A DNA stretch of 33,198 nucleotides, taken from IMG/VR virus record IMGVR_UViG_3300022539_000562; one strand, written 5' to 3'. This DNA comes from a virus. Shown piece by piece: positions 18,901-26,718 of the stretch (its first letter is position 1; each line of letters opens with the position of its first letter). The position numbers were made by a program, and so were the translations under genes. The notes beneath the pieces were generated by a model. The model saw only the letters and a program-made list of their open reading frames with translations, was not told the DNA's origin and did no database searches.

Positions 18901-19113
18901 TTACCAATGCCAGTTTTTCTCAAAATGTTCTATTGCTTTGATAACATCCTCTTTTTTAACTGCTCTTTGCGTTTTCATAATTAACCAATCAACCCAATTT
19001 TGTAATTGATATATACTTATCGGACTTATAAATATATCATTTTTTATTAACAATTTATCTAATTCTTCGCTTAACACTATCATATTGTCATTTTTTTTAT
19101 CGTTGTTACTCAT
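18901..19113 (-). CDS. hypothetical protein
   Basis: 70 aa, AAGGAG SD. Confidence 0.7.
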   Translation of the reverse strand: MSNNDKKNDNMIVLSEELDKLLIKNDIFISPISIYQLQNWVDWLIMKTQRAVKKEDVIKAIEHFEKNWHW

Positions 19114-19136
19114 TTATTTTATCTCCTTTTTTAGTT

Positions 19137-19322
19137 TTATTTAATAATTGAAGCAATGTCCAAATCTGTTATTATTTCACCTTTTATTGTTTCATATTCT
19201 TGCACATAAGGTTTTTGTCCTCCAAGTTCATATTCTACATTTTCTAAAGTTTTTTGTCCACCTTTTAATTCAACCTCTCTCATATCCAAAAGTAATACTT
19301 TTATTATTTTTTCTTTACTCAT
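19137..19322 (-). CDS. hypothetical protein
   Basis: 61 aa, AAGGAG SD; internal ELKGGQK/ELGGQK repeat. Confidence 0.7.
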   Translation of the reverse strand: MSKEKIIKVLLLDMREVELKGGQKTLENVEYELGGQKPYVQEYETIKGEIITDLDIASIIK

Positions 19323-19338
19323 TTTTTCTCCTTTTTGA

Positions 19339-19349
19339 GTTTACACTTT
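19339..19349 (-). repeat. AAAGTGTAAAC single-mismatch motif copy
   Basis: Same position as exact copies: 6 nt after the stop at 19356 and just before an SD. Confidence 0.75.
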
Positions 19350-19355
19350 CCAGTT

Positions 19356-19631
19356 TTATATACTTATTACTCCAGTTAGTACATCATCCATCCATTCCAT
19401 TTCCACATTTGCTTGTTCAGAAGGTTTTAAGTACTCATATAATTGAGTATCATAAAAATTAGGATTTCTCCAGTTTTTTATATATTTTTCAAATGCTTTT
19501 TTGACTTTTTTTATTTGCCAAAAACTTTGACTAATAAGAAAAGTTATTGTATCATAATCCTCTGAGTCTATTGCCGCTTTATATTCTTGTTTCAAAGTTT
19601 TTAATTTATATGCCATTTCCATTTCCTCCAT
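19356..19631 (-). CDS. hypothetical protein
   Basis: 91-aa ORF; a GGAGG near the start suggests a slightly downstream ATG. Confidence 0.7.
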   Translation of the reverse strand: MEEMEMAYKLKTLKQEYKAAIDSEDYDTITFLISQSFWQIKKVKKAFEKYIKNWRNPNFYDTQLYEYLKPSEQANVEMEWMDDVLTGVISI

Positions 19632-19639
19632 TTAATTAT

Positions 19640-19789
19640 TTATTGAAAAGAATTTAATAATTTTTCTTTATTATAACTTTTTGTTTTGTCTCCACATTTT
19701 GGACATTCTTCATAAATATAAATTTTGCCTCTCCATATTTTCTCTTTGGATTTCATTACTATTCCACATTTTCCACAAATAGTCATCAT
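19640..19789 (-). CDS. small zinc-ribbon protein (not in ORF track)
   Basis: Manual translation MMTICGKCG...EECPKCGD... Confidence 0.7.
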   Translation of the reverse strand: MMTICGKCGIVMKSKEKIWRGKIYIYEECPKCGDKTKSYNKEKLLNSFQ

Positions 19790-19810
19790 TTCACCTTCTT
19801 TCCTTTTTAA

Positions 19811-19821
19811 GTTTACAGTTT
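19811..19821 (-). repeat. AAACTGTAAAC motif copy
   Basis: Exact intergenic copy. Confidence 0.85.
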
Positions 19822-19834
19822 CCCAATTATTTAT

Positions 19835-20005
19835 TTATAAACCTGTTTTTAAAATTTTATAACAATTTTCACACAAATAAACTAAATTTTTTGTTCTATA
19901 GAAAGTCTTTTCTAAAAATCTATGTTCGCATTTCAAACATTTAAAATATTCAAAATTTCTTTTTCTTGTTATTTTTCTAAATTCTTTTAAATTTATTTTT
20001 TTCAT
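19835..20005 (-). CDS. small zinc-ribbon protein (not in ORF track)
   Basis: Manual translation contains FKCLKCE...LCENCY. Confidence 0.7.
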   Translation of the reverse strand: MKKINLKEFRKITRKRNFEYFKCLKCEHRFLEKTFYRTKNLVYLCENCYKILKTGL

Positions 20006-20019
20006 TTCTTTCTTTCTAT

Positions 20020-20448
20020 TCAGATTATAATTTTTAAAATTTTATTTTTATACTTGCCACTCAAAGCATTTCCATTTTTAGTTATTTGTTTTAATTCTGC
20101 TTTACTAAAATAATCAGTTGATAAAGCACAACTACCAGAATAAATTTTAACCTTAAATATTTTATGTAATTTTTTAAATAAATTCGCAATTATTTTATAT
20201 AAATGTTCCTCTTTAATTTCAAAACCTGACGCTTTCCAATCTCCTGCTCCTAATTTTTTATAATTTGGACATCCTCGTCCTGTTTCTTTTAGTCTTTTTT
20301 TCTCAATTGCTATATCTTTATTACTCCAAAACCATAAACCTCTTTGATATTTTTTTAATTCTCCTTGTTCCTCTTGTTTAGATATCCAATTTTCTATTTT
20401 GTCAGTTTCTTTTTTATTAACTAATTGATAAAAGATATATGCTCCCAT
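20020..20448 (-). CDS. hypothetical protein
   Basis: 142 aa, AAGGAG SD. Confidence 0.75.
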   Translation of the reverse strand: MGAYIFYQLVNKKETDKIENWISKQEEQGELKKYQRGLWFWSNKDIAIEKKRLKETGRGCPNYKKLGAGDWKASGFEIKEEHLYKIIANLFKKLHKIFKVKIYSGSCALSTDYFSKAELKQITKNGNALSGKYKNKILKIII

Positions 20449-20451
20449 ATT

Positions 20452-20640
20452 TCAAAAATCTCCTTTGTTTATTTGTTTTACAATTTCCTTTCTTACCCAG
20501 TGAGTATCCCGATGTCCGCAAGGAAGAGTCATCATTTTCATTATGCGAAAACATTTTCGGTTTGCTTCTCTCAAATCAGTTTTTTTAATTTCCATCTCAT
20601 ATTTTTTGCCACATCTATTGCATAATACTTTCATTTTCAT
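20452..20640 (-). CDS. small zinc-binding protein
   Basis: CNRC ... PCGH. Confidence 0.65.
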   Translation of the reverse strand: MKMKVLCNRCGKKYEMEIKKTDLREANRKCFRIMKMMTLPCGHRDTHWVRKEIVKQINKGDF

Positions 20641-21015
20641 TTTTCACCTTCTTTTATTTATTTATATCACATTATTCTTTTTCTATTCTTATGTTCATTA
20701 GGTTGACAGTTTCGTCCTTTGTCAAATGTACTAATTTTATAGGAAATAATCCAAATTGAATGCCAAATTTTTCACTATCAGTTAATTTATTGTATATTTT
20801 TGTTAATTCTTTTTTGCTTTTCATTTCTTATTTCTCCTTTTTATTTTTGTAATCTTTTAGTTATTTCACTATCAATTAAATCAATTTGGTCAGTATCAAT
20901 ATTTTCAATTCTGACTATTCTATTTCTTAACTCTACTAATTCAGTAAATTTTTTATTTTTTAAATTTTCTTTTACTATTTTTATATCTTTTTTTTCCACT
21001 TTTTTTCCTCTTTGA

Positions 21016-21026
21016 GTTTACAGTTT
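21016..21026 (-). repeat. AAACTGTAAAC motif copy
   Basis: Exact copy, CGC-flanked, followed by a GAGG SD and GTG. Confidence 0.85.
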
Positions 21027-21219
21027 GCGTTTTTTTAACATAAAATATCATATTTACTTTTTGCTAATTTTAAAATTAATTTTGTTTCTTTAATAGTCAA
21101 TGGATTATATCCAAATCCAATTAAATTATCATTTATCATTCTAATTTCACTTTTTATATGATTTATGTAATCTCTTTTATTTAAAAATTCTTTATAATAA
21201 ATTTCCATTTTTTTCCTTT

Positions 21220-21492
21220 TTATATTAAATCAAAAATTGATACTCTTACAGAATTTATAATTTCATAAATATTATTCCATGTTATTTTTCTTGTAAATTT
21301 TCTAATAAAATATCTTTTTCTGAAAGATATACAAGGTTCTGGATTGCCAAAAACTAATTTTCTTATAGGTTGTTCGTCCAAAGTAATTTCTTCAGGTAGT
21401 TTTTCTTTTAGTTCTTTGTCCCATTTTTCTATATCTTTTTTATTTTTTCCAAATCTGCTATCTGCAATAAAATTAAATGTTAAGGTTCTCAT
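21220..21492 (-). CDS. hypothetical protein
   Basis: 90 aa, AAGGAG SD. Confidence 0.7.
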   Translation of the reverse strand: MRTLTFNFIADSRFGKNKKDIEKWDKELKEKLPEEITLDEQPIRKLVFGNPEPCISFRKRYFIRKFTRKITWNNIYEIINSVRVSIFDLI

Positions 21493-21517
21493 TTTTTAAA
21501 TCTCCTTTTTTATAAAA

Positions 21518-21727
21518 TTATTTAGGATTTATTATATCATCACTATATTTATATTGTTTTTTATGATTTTCCTCATTTAGTCCGCTTCCAAAAAATCCCA
21601 AATTATTGCCATCAAAATCATAATCATAACTACATTTAAAACAATGCTGAATTTTATCCCTAAAATAAATTTTAGTTAATCTCCCACAACATTTTATTCT
21701 TTTTTTAATTCTTTTGTCTATTTTCAT
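21518..21727 (-). CDS. small zinc-ribbon-like protein
   Basis: KCCG ... CFKC. Confidence 0.65.
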   Translation of the reverse strand: MKIDKRIKKRIKCCGRLTKIYFRDKIQHCFKCSYDYDFDGNNLGFFGSGLNEENHKKQYKYSDDIINPK

Positions 21728-21741
21728 TTTTTTCTTCTTTT

Positions 21742-21924
21742 TTATAAAAGATTATCTATCATAGATGTAATTTCTGTTCTCATATAGCGTAATTCTATAA
21801 TGATTTCGTCTAAAAGATATTTTTCTAAATCATCTTTTTTGCTTTCATTAAAAATTATTTTAAGATTTTTCCAAGTTTCATTAATTTTTTGGTCTATTTT
21901 TTTCTCTGTTTTTTCTTTACTCAT
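21742..21924 (-). CDS. hypothetical protein
   Basis: 60 aa, GAGGAG SD. Confidence 0.65.
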   Translation of the reverse strand: MSKEKTEKKIDQKINETWKNLKIIFNESKKDDLEKYLLDEIIIELRYMRTEITSMIDNLL

Positions 21925-22042
21925 TTTGCTCCTCTAACTAAAATTTTTTTACTTTCCTTTTTTCTTTTTTTAATTGCACAATCTACCATTTTATCGATTA
22001 ATTCATTTTTCTCTTTGTTATTCATTTTTCTCCTTTTTAAAA

Positions 22043-22354
22043 TTATTCTTTAAAAATATGCATAACAGAATGCTCTATAAAATCTCCAGCCCAATTATTC
22101 CCCTCAAATAAATTGTCAAATTCTTGTCCTAAATTTTTAAATAATTTATATCCATTTATATAAATTGCTCCATGATAAATTAAATCAGCAAGAATTCCAT
22201 CATAATAAAAAGCGAAATCTCCTTTATAATAATGGTCGTTTTCAAATTTATATGATTCTTTAATTTCAGGAGCATCTGTTTTTTTGGCAACTTTATTAAT
22301 CCACCTTTTTATTTTATTTTTTATTTCAAATCTTTTTAAAATTTTCTTTGTCAT
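22043..22354 (-). CDS. hypothetical protein
   Basis: 103 aa directly after the promoter at 22375. Confidence 0.75.
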   Translation of the reverse strand: MTKKILKRFEIKNKIKRWINKVAKKTDAPEIKESYKFENDHYYKGDFAFYYDGILADLIYHGAIYINGYKLFKNLGQEFDNLFEGNNWAGDFIEHSVMHIFKE

Positions 22355-22374
22355 TTAAATCTCCCCTCAATACA

Positions 22375-22403
22375 ATTATAAACTATTTTTGAGAGAAAGT
22401 CAA
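22375..22403 (-). promoter_or_regulatory. sigma70/sigmaA-type promoter
   Basis: TTGACT-17 nt-TATAAT; identical 35-bp copy at 12536..12570. Confidence 0.9.
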
Positions 22404-22413
22404 TTTTTTTTTT

Positions 22414-22641
22414 TTAACTTAATATTCCGCCAATTGATAAAATTTTATCTATTTTATTTTCTGCTATTGCTTGGGCTTGACTTAAAGCCAATATATTTTT
22501 AGTTTCTTCTTTTTCTTCTGGATGTCCACAAATCCAAGTTTTTAAATTATACTTATCATTTTTTTGTTTTTCAATAGAAATCCAATATTCTCTATACTTA
22601 TATCTAAATTTTCCAGTTTTTAAATAGGTATCATAAGCCAT
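22414..22641 (-). CDS. hypothetical protein
   Basis: 75 aa, AGGAGG SD. Confidence 0.7.
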   Translation of the reverse strand: MAYDTYLKTGKFRYKYREYWISIEKQKNDKYNLKTWICGHPEEKEETKNILALSQAQAIAENKIDKILSIGGILS

Positions 22642-22711
22642 TTTCTACCTCCTAATTCTTTGGGGTATTGATTTTTTAGTAATCATAAGAAAATTTTCCA
22701 GTTTTGTTTTT

Positions 22712-23233
22712 TCAGTTCAAAATTATTTTATTTTTAATAATCCATTTAATAGCAGGATAATTTAATTTTCCTTGTATTAATAAACTGACTGCTATTCTAT
22801 AAATATCCTTCTTGTAATTTTTAATAAATTCTACTACTTCTATTTGCCATTTTTCTGTATTATATTTCCTTTTTAATTTTTTTATAGTTTCTTCTGCGTG
22901 TCTTTTATCTCCTTCACATCCAGAATATCTTTCTATTTTTAAAAAATACCATTCAGAATAAAATCCTACCATATCATTTTTTATACCTTCTATTTCTATA
23001 TCATCAGTAAATAAACTGAATAATTTTCTTAATTGTACTGAATTAGCAATTTCGGTTGTTCCACCATTCCAAGTGAAATATACTTTATTAGGTTTAAAAT
23101 ATTTAGAATACCAACTAAAAACAGTGTGTCCTGCTTCGTGAAATGCCGTTTGTAAGTCTCTTCGTGAATATTGTTTTTCTAATTGTTTTAAGTCAATCAT
23201 TTTTTTTGCAAGAAAGTAATTTTTTGCTCTCAC
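22712..23233 (-). CDS. stand-alone FtsH/M41-like peptidase domain protein
   Basis: TAFHEAGH, GGT, downstream E and GCEGD pattern; no AAA domain. Confidence 0.75.
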   Translation of the reverse strand: MRAKNYFLAKKMIDLKQLEKQYSRRDLQTAFHEAGHTVFSWYSKYFKPNKVYFTWNGGTTEIANSVQLRKLFSLFTDDIEIEGIKNDMVGFYSEWYFLKIERYSGCEGDKRHAEETIKKLKRKYNTEKWQIEVVEFIKNYKKDIYRIAVSLLIQGKLNYPAIKWIIKNKIILN

Positions 23234-23465
23234 AATTTTTTATAATTTCAGAATTTCTAATTAACTTTTCTCAAAAATCAAATATTAAAAATCTGATACT
23301 TATTTCTATTATTTTTTCTTTTTTTATTTTTGGATTTTCCAGTAGAAATTCATCTATCATCATTTTAATATTCATATTTTCTGATACTATTATATTTAAT
23401 TTATATTCTTGCTTATTTTTTAATTTTATATAAACCTCTTTAATAATCATTTTTCTCCTCTTTGA

Positions 23466-23476
23466 GTTTACAGTTT
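23466..23476 (-). repeat. AAACTGTAAAC motif copy
   Basis: Exact copy downstream of the 23517 promoter, just before a GAGGAG SD. Confidence 0.85.
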
Positions 23477-23516
23477 GCGGTTTTTCTTTTTAAATTTTAA
23501 AAGTCCTCCTAATATA

Positions 23517-23545
23517 ATTATAAAGGATTTTCACAAAAAAGTCCA
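23517..23545 (-). promoter_or_regulatory. sigma70/sigmaA-type promoter
   Basis: TGGACT-17 nt-TATAAT then TATATTAGGAGG. Confidence 0.8.
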
Positions 23546-23554
23546 GTTTTTCGA

Positions 23555-23565
23555 GTTTACAGTTT
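23555..23565 (-). repeat. AAACTGTAAAC motif copy
   Basis: Exact copy 9 nt upstream of the -35. Confidence 0.85.
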
Positions 23566-23578
23566 GCGGTTTTTAGAC

Positions 23579-23616
23579 AAAAAAAAATGCTCAATCAGTA
23601 ATTACTGATTGAGCAT
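23579..23616 (-). terminator. intrinsic terminator (perfect 30-bp palindrome plus U-tract)
   Basis: ATGCTCAATCAGTAA|TTACTGATTGAGCAT at 23587..23616, then a T run on the minus strand, just after the stop at 23628. Confidence 0.8.
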
Positions 23617-23627
23617 CTTCTCCTTTT

Positions 23628-23834
23628 TTATTTTTTCCTTGCTTGCAGAATTCCATCAAAAATTGCTTGCCAGGTCTTTTTGTCCCATTTGTATAGTCGA
23701 GTGTCTAATTCTAAATTTCCTAAAGCATCTCCATCGTTCGTTCCCATACTCATAAGGAAATTCTCGACGGCAATCCTTCTTACTCCTGTTCTACCTGAAA
23801 AAACCTCAATTTCCTCAATACTTAATTTTCTCAC
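23628..23834 (-). CDS. hypothetical protein
   Basis: GTG start, AAGGAG SD. Confidence 0.7.
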   Translation of the reverse strand: MRKLSIEEIEVFSGRTGVRRIAVENFLMSMGTNDGDALGNLELDTRLYKWDKKTWQAIFDGILQARKK

Positions 23835-24033
23835 TTTTTATTCTCCTTTTTAATTGTGAATTTCTTTTCTACCATCTTTGAAATGAATTACAAATTCTGT
23901 TAATATTAAATATTTATAATTTGCAGGTTTTTTATATTTTTTAATTATTTTTGTAATTGTATTACTTTCTCCTTTGCGTTTTTTGTAATTAATAATCATA
24001 GGTTTCATTTTTCATTTCTCCATTTTTAAAAAT

Positions 24034-24402
24034 TTAACAGATTCTATGTCCTTTTATCGGCAAGTCGTCTTTAGTGTAGAAAATTTTATTCCAGGTTTTA
24101 TTAAAATCGATTACTATGTCAGCGGACAATTCTCTTTCTATTTTATTAATTCTGTTATAACATCTTTCAGAATGATACAAAAATTTTTCTTCATTTTTTG
24201 TAGTTGCCAGTATCCAATCTTTTTGCAATTCTTTGCCACAAAAATCACAGTTTCCATTTGGTAGTTCTCCAAAAACCGCTTTTTCTGATAGTTTTTGGAG
24301 TTTAGTTTTTAAATGAATTTCTAATTTTTTCCTTAGTTTTCTTGCCACTTTTTTTCCAATTATAGGATATCTTTTTAATACTGTCATGTTTTCTCCTACC
24401 AA
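24034..24402 (-). CDS. hypothetical protein with CxxC...HxxxC motif
   Basis: CDFC ... HSERC; likely start is the ATG of MTVLK after AGGAG. Confidence 0.7.
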   Translation of the reverse strand: MVGENMTVLKRYPIIGKKVARKLRKKLEIHLKTKLQKLSEKAVFGELPNGNCDFCGKELQKDWILATTKNEEKFLYHSERCYNRINKIERELSADIVIDFNKTWNKIFYTKDDLPIKGHRIC

Positions 24403-24764
24403 GTTAAATTATATTTTATTTGTAATCTGTTCAATTCGTCTTCTCCATAAGAAATTAGTGAATTCATATCATTAATAAATTTTTTATAACTATCCATATT
24501 TCCAGAAAAAATATTTGTTCTATAACTATTATTTAAATTAGTTTGATAGTCCCAACACAATATTATTGCCTCTTCGAAAGCAATGTCCAATAAATTTCTT
24601 TCTTTTATAGTTTCAATAAGTAAACTATCCAGTTTATTTTTTTCCTGTTCTAATGTAATTAATTGGAGTTCTAATTCACTAATTTTTTCCTGCTTTTCTA
24701 ATAAAAATATTGTATTAAATATTAGAAAAATTGCTAAGAGAATAATTAGAATTTTCGTAGCCAT
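24396..24764 (-). CDS. membrane-anchored coiled-coil protein
   Basis: N-terminal hydrophobic helix then heptads; GGAGG SD. Confidence 0.7.
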   Translation of the reverse strand: MATKILIILLAIFLIFNTIFLLEKQEKISELELQLITLEQEKNKLDSLLIETIKERNLLDIAFEEAIILCWDYQTNLNNSYRTNIFSGNMDSYKKFINDMNSLISYGEDELNRLQIKYNLTW

Positions 24765-24820
24765 TGTTCCTCCATTTTTAATAAGAATTGAAATTTTAAA
24801 AATTTTATAATTAGAGAATT

Positions 24821-25078
24821 TTAAGAAATAAATTGCTGTAAATTATTTGTAATTTTATTTTTACATCTTTTTATGTTTTTTATTATTTTATGACTAATAG
24901 AATTAGAATTTTCTAATAGAAATTTTATATCTTTATATTGCAAGTCTAATTCTAATTTTATCTGGTCGGCAGTCCATCTTGGATAGAATCCCATTCGTTC
25001 TTTATGTCCTTCGTAATATATTAAAATTTTTTCTAATACATTTGTTCGTCTCTTTATTTCGGCTTTTTTTAATTTCAT
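24821..25078 (-). CDS. hypothetical protein (first leftward gene)
   Basis: GGAG SD, 85 aa. Confidence 0.6.
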   Translation of the reverse strand: MKLKKAEIKRRTNVLEKILIYYEGHKERMGFYPRWTADQIKLELDLQYKDIKFLLENSNSISHKIIKNIKRCKNKITNNLQQFIS

Positions 25079-25407
25079 TTGGTCTCCAATTTTAGAAATT
25101 AAATCGAATAAAAATTTTAGAGTTTGAGAATTGATAGAAGTTCAATTCTTATTTTTTAAAGCACTAAAAATAATTTTCGAAACCTTTTAGAAATTAAACT
25201 TTTTTAGAATACTCCTCATATTCGTTTTTAATTTCTACCATTTTTCTAATTCTTATTTTTTGCCTTCTTATTAAATTTTCAAAGTTCAGGATTTGGTTGG
25301 TCTTTTTTGTTTTAGAATTTGAGAATTGATAGTCTGTTTTGCTATTTTCCCATTTTCCCTTTTATCGAATTTTCAAGGTACTATATACTATTATAACACA
25401 TATCCCT

Positions 25408-26010
25408 ATCAGGTCTTATAATGATTATGATAATACCTGTTCAGATATGATTTCGGCTCGAAATATTAAATTCTTTGTATATAAAACTAATAAATATACT
25501 ACCTTATCAGGTATAATAATAATACCTGTTCAAACGTGTCAAGAGCATTTCATCAGGTATTATTACTATACCTGTTCAGAATAGGTTTGAGCAAAAATAA
25601 TAATACCTGTTCAGGATAGATATCGAAAAAAACTTAAAAGATTTTTTACGATTTTTTCATTTTCGAATATAGTTTGAACAGGTATTATGAAAAAAAACAT
25701 TAAAATCCCTGATAAAACACTATATTATTTGTATCATACCTGATAAGAATAGGTTTCGAAAATCGTGAAAAACCCACCAGATTAGTGTTTAAATTCATTT
25801 TAGGGATTTGTAGAAGTACCTGCTTATCAGGTATTATTAGAATTCTCATATAATACCCCTATTTTTAAATTACAGGGACGAAAAACACTAATCTCGTTGA
25901 TTTGACCTGTTCAGAAGGGGTGGTCTATAATACCTGATGGGAGGGTGTTTGGTTAGAGCAATAGAAAAGTGAAACACTATCTGAACAGGTAATATACTAA
26001 ACAGGGATAT
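25408..26010. repeat. iteron-like TACCTG(T/A)T repeat cluster; candidate origin or packaging/terminus region
   Basis: About 13 copies in both orientations in this span (one more at 26287), at the switch of coding strand. Confidence 0.8.
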
Positions 26011-26656
26011 AGGAAAAAAATTGTTAATAATTAAAAAATAAAAATAAATTAAAAAATATTGCCAAAAACGAACTAATCCTTTGACCAAATTGTTAACAAT
26101 TAAAAAAACAAATGCAATCGGACAAATAATTAATTTGATGTTGTTGTTTATTTTTTGTTTAGAAAACTAATCGGACTAAAAGAGAACATGAAAAGAAAAG
26201 ATTTGTTGCTTTTTAGTTTAGATTTGAGATATGAGAACCAGACTAAAAAAGGAATGGAAAAACTAAACTCAAATAAATTAACAAGATACCTGATGAAATG
26301 GACTAAAAAAAAGAAAGAAAATTATTATCTTTATTTGGTACTTGTGAATTAAGAGGCAAGAGGAACAAACAAAAAGAAACTAATTGACTTGACTACCATC
26401 CAAAAACTATATTAAACCGCCTGCCTGCTCGAACCTGTTGCTGGGAAAAAGAAAAATAAAATCTGTATCACTGCTCAATTGCCTCCTTTTAAAAATAATA
26501 AGGATTAAGGGGTTTGAGTTTTCTAAGAAAATTCGCAGAGTATAGGGGGGGATGGGATTCTCTACTATTTTGAACCTCTTCGAAACTACCCTAAATAACT
26601 CATAATCCCTATAAAATACCCTTGTTTTGTAAAAAAACACTTCTTCTTTTTTTTAT

Positions 26657-26685
26657 TAGACCTCTTTCTCGATTTGTTTTATAAT
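26657..26685 (+). promoter_or_regulatory. promoter of the head operon
   Basis: TAGACC-17 nt-TATAAT about 35 nt before the portal start. Confidence 0.65.
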
Positions 26686-26718
26686 AGTGTCTAATGAATA
26701 ACATTATAAAAAAAGTAG

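Noticed and set aside
20702-20712. One-mismatch motif copies at 20702, 2900 and about 15674
   Set aside because: All appear to lie inside reading frames; could be chance, so not counted
12571-21045. GTTTACA as a T4-early-like -35 for plus-strand antisense promoters
   Set aside because: No consistent -10 at fixed spacing; near matches are expected at this AT content
10427-23565. GTTTACAGTTT repeats as a CRISPR array or integron attC sites
   Set aside because: Only 11-22 bp conserved, spacing is irregular (89 bp to over 2 kb) with whole genes between, no attC-like hairpin, and no cas or integrase gene in the window
785-24810. Plus-strand ORFs in the track (785, 2533, 5941, 6075, 7247, 12677, 14664, 17993, 19148, 20425, 20800, 23143, 24046, 24583)
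   Set aside because: Antisense shadows of minus-strand genes, F/L/S/I-rich, no convincing SD
25339-26640. Short ORFs in the strand-switch region
   Set aside because: Alternative starts without convincing SD, running through DNA repeats; better explained as non-coding
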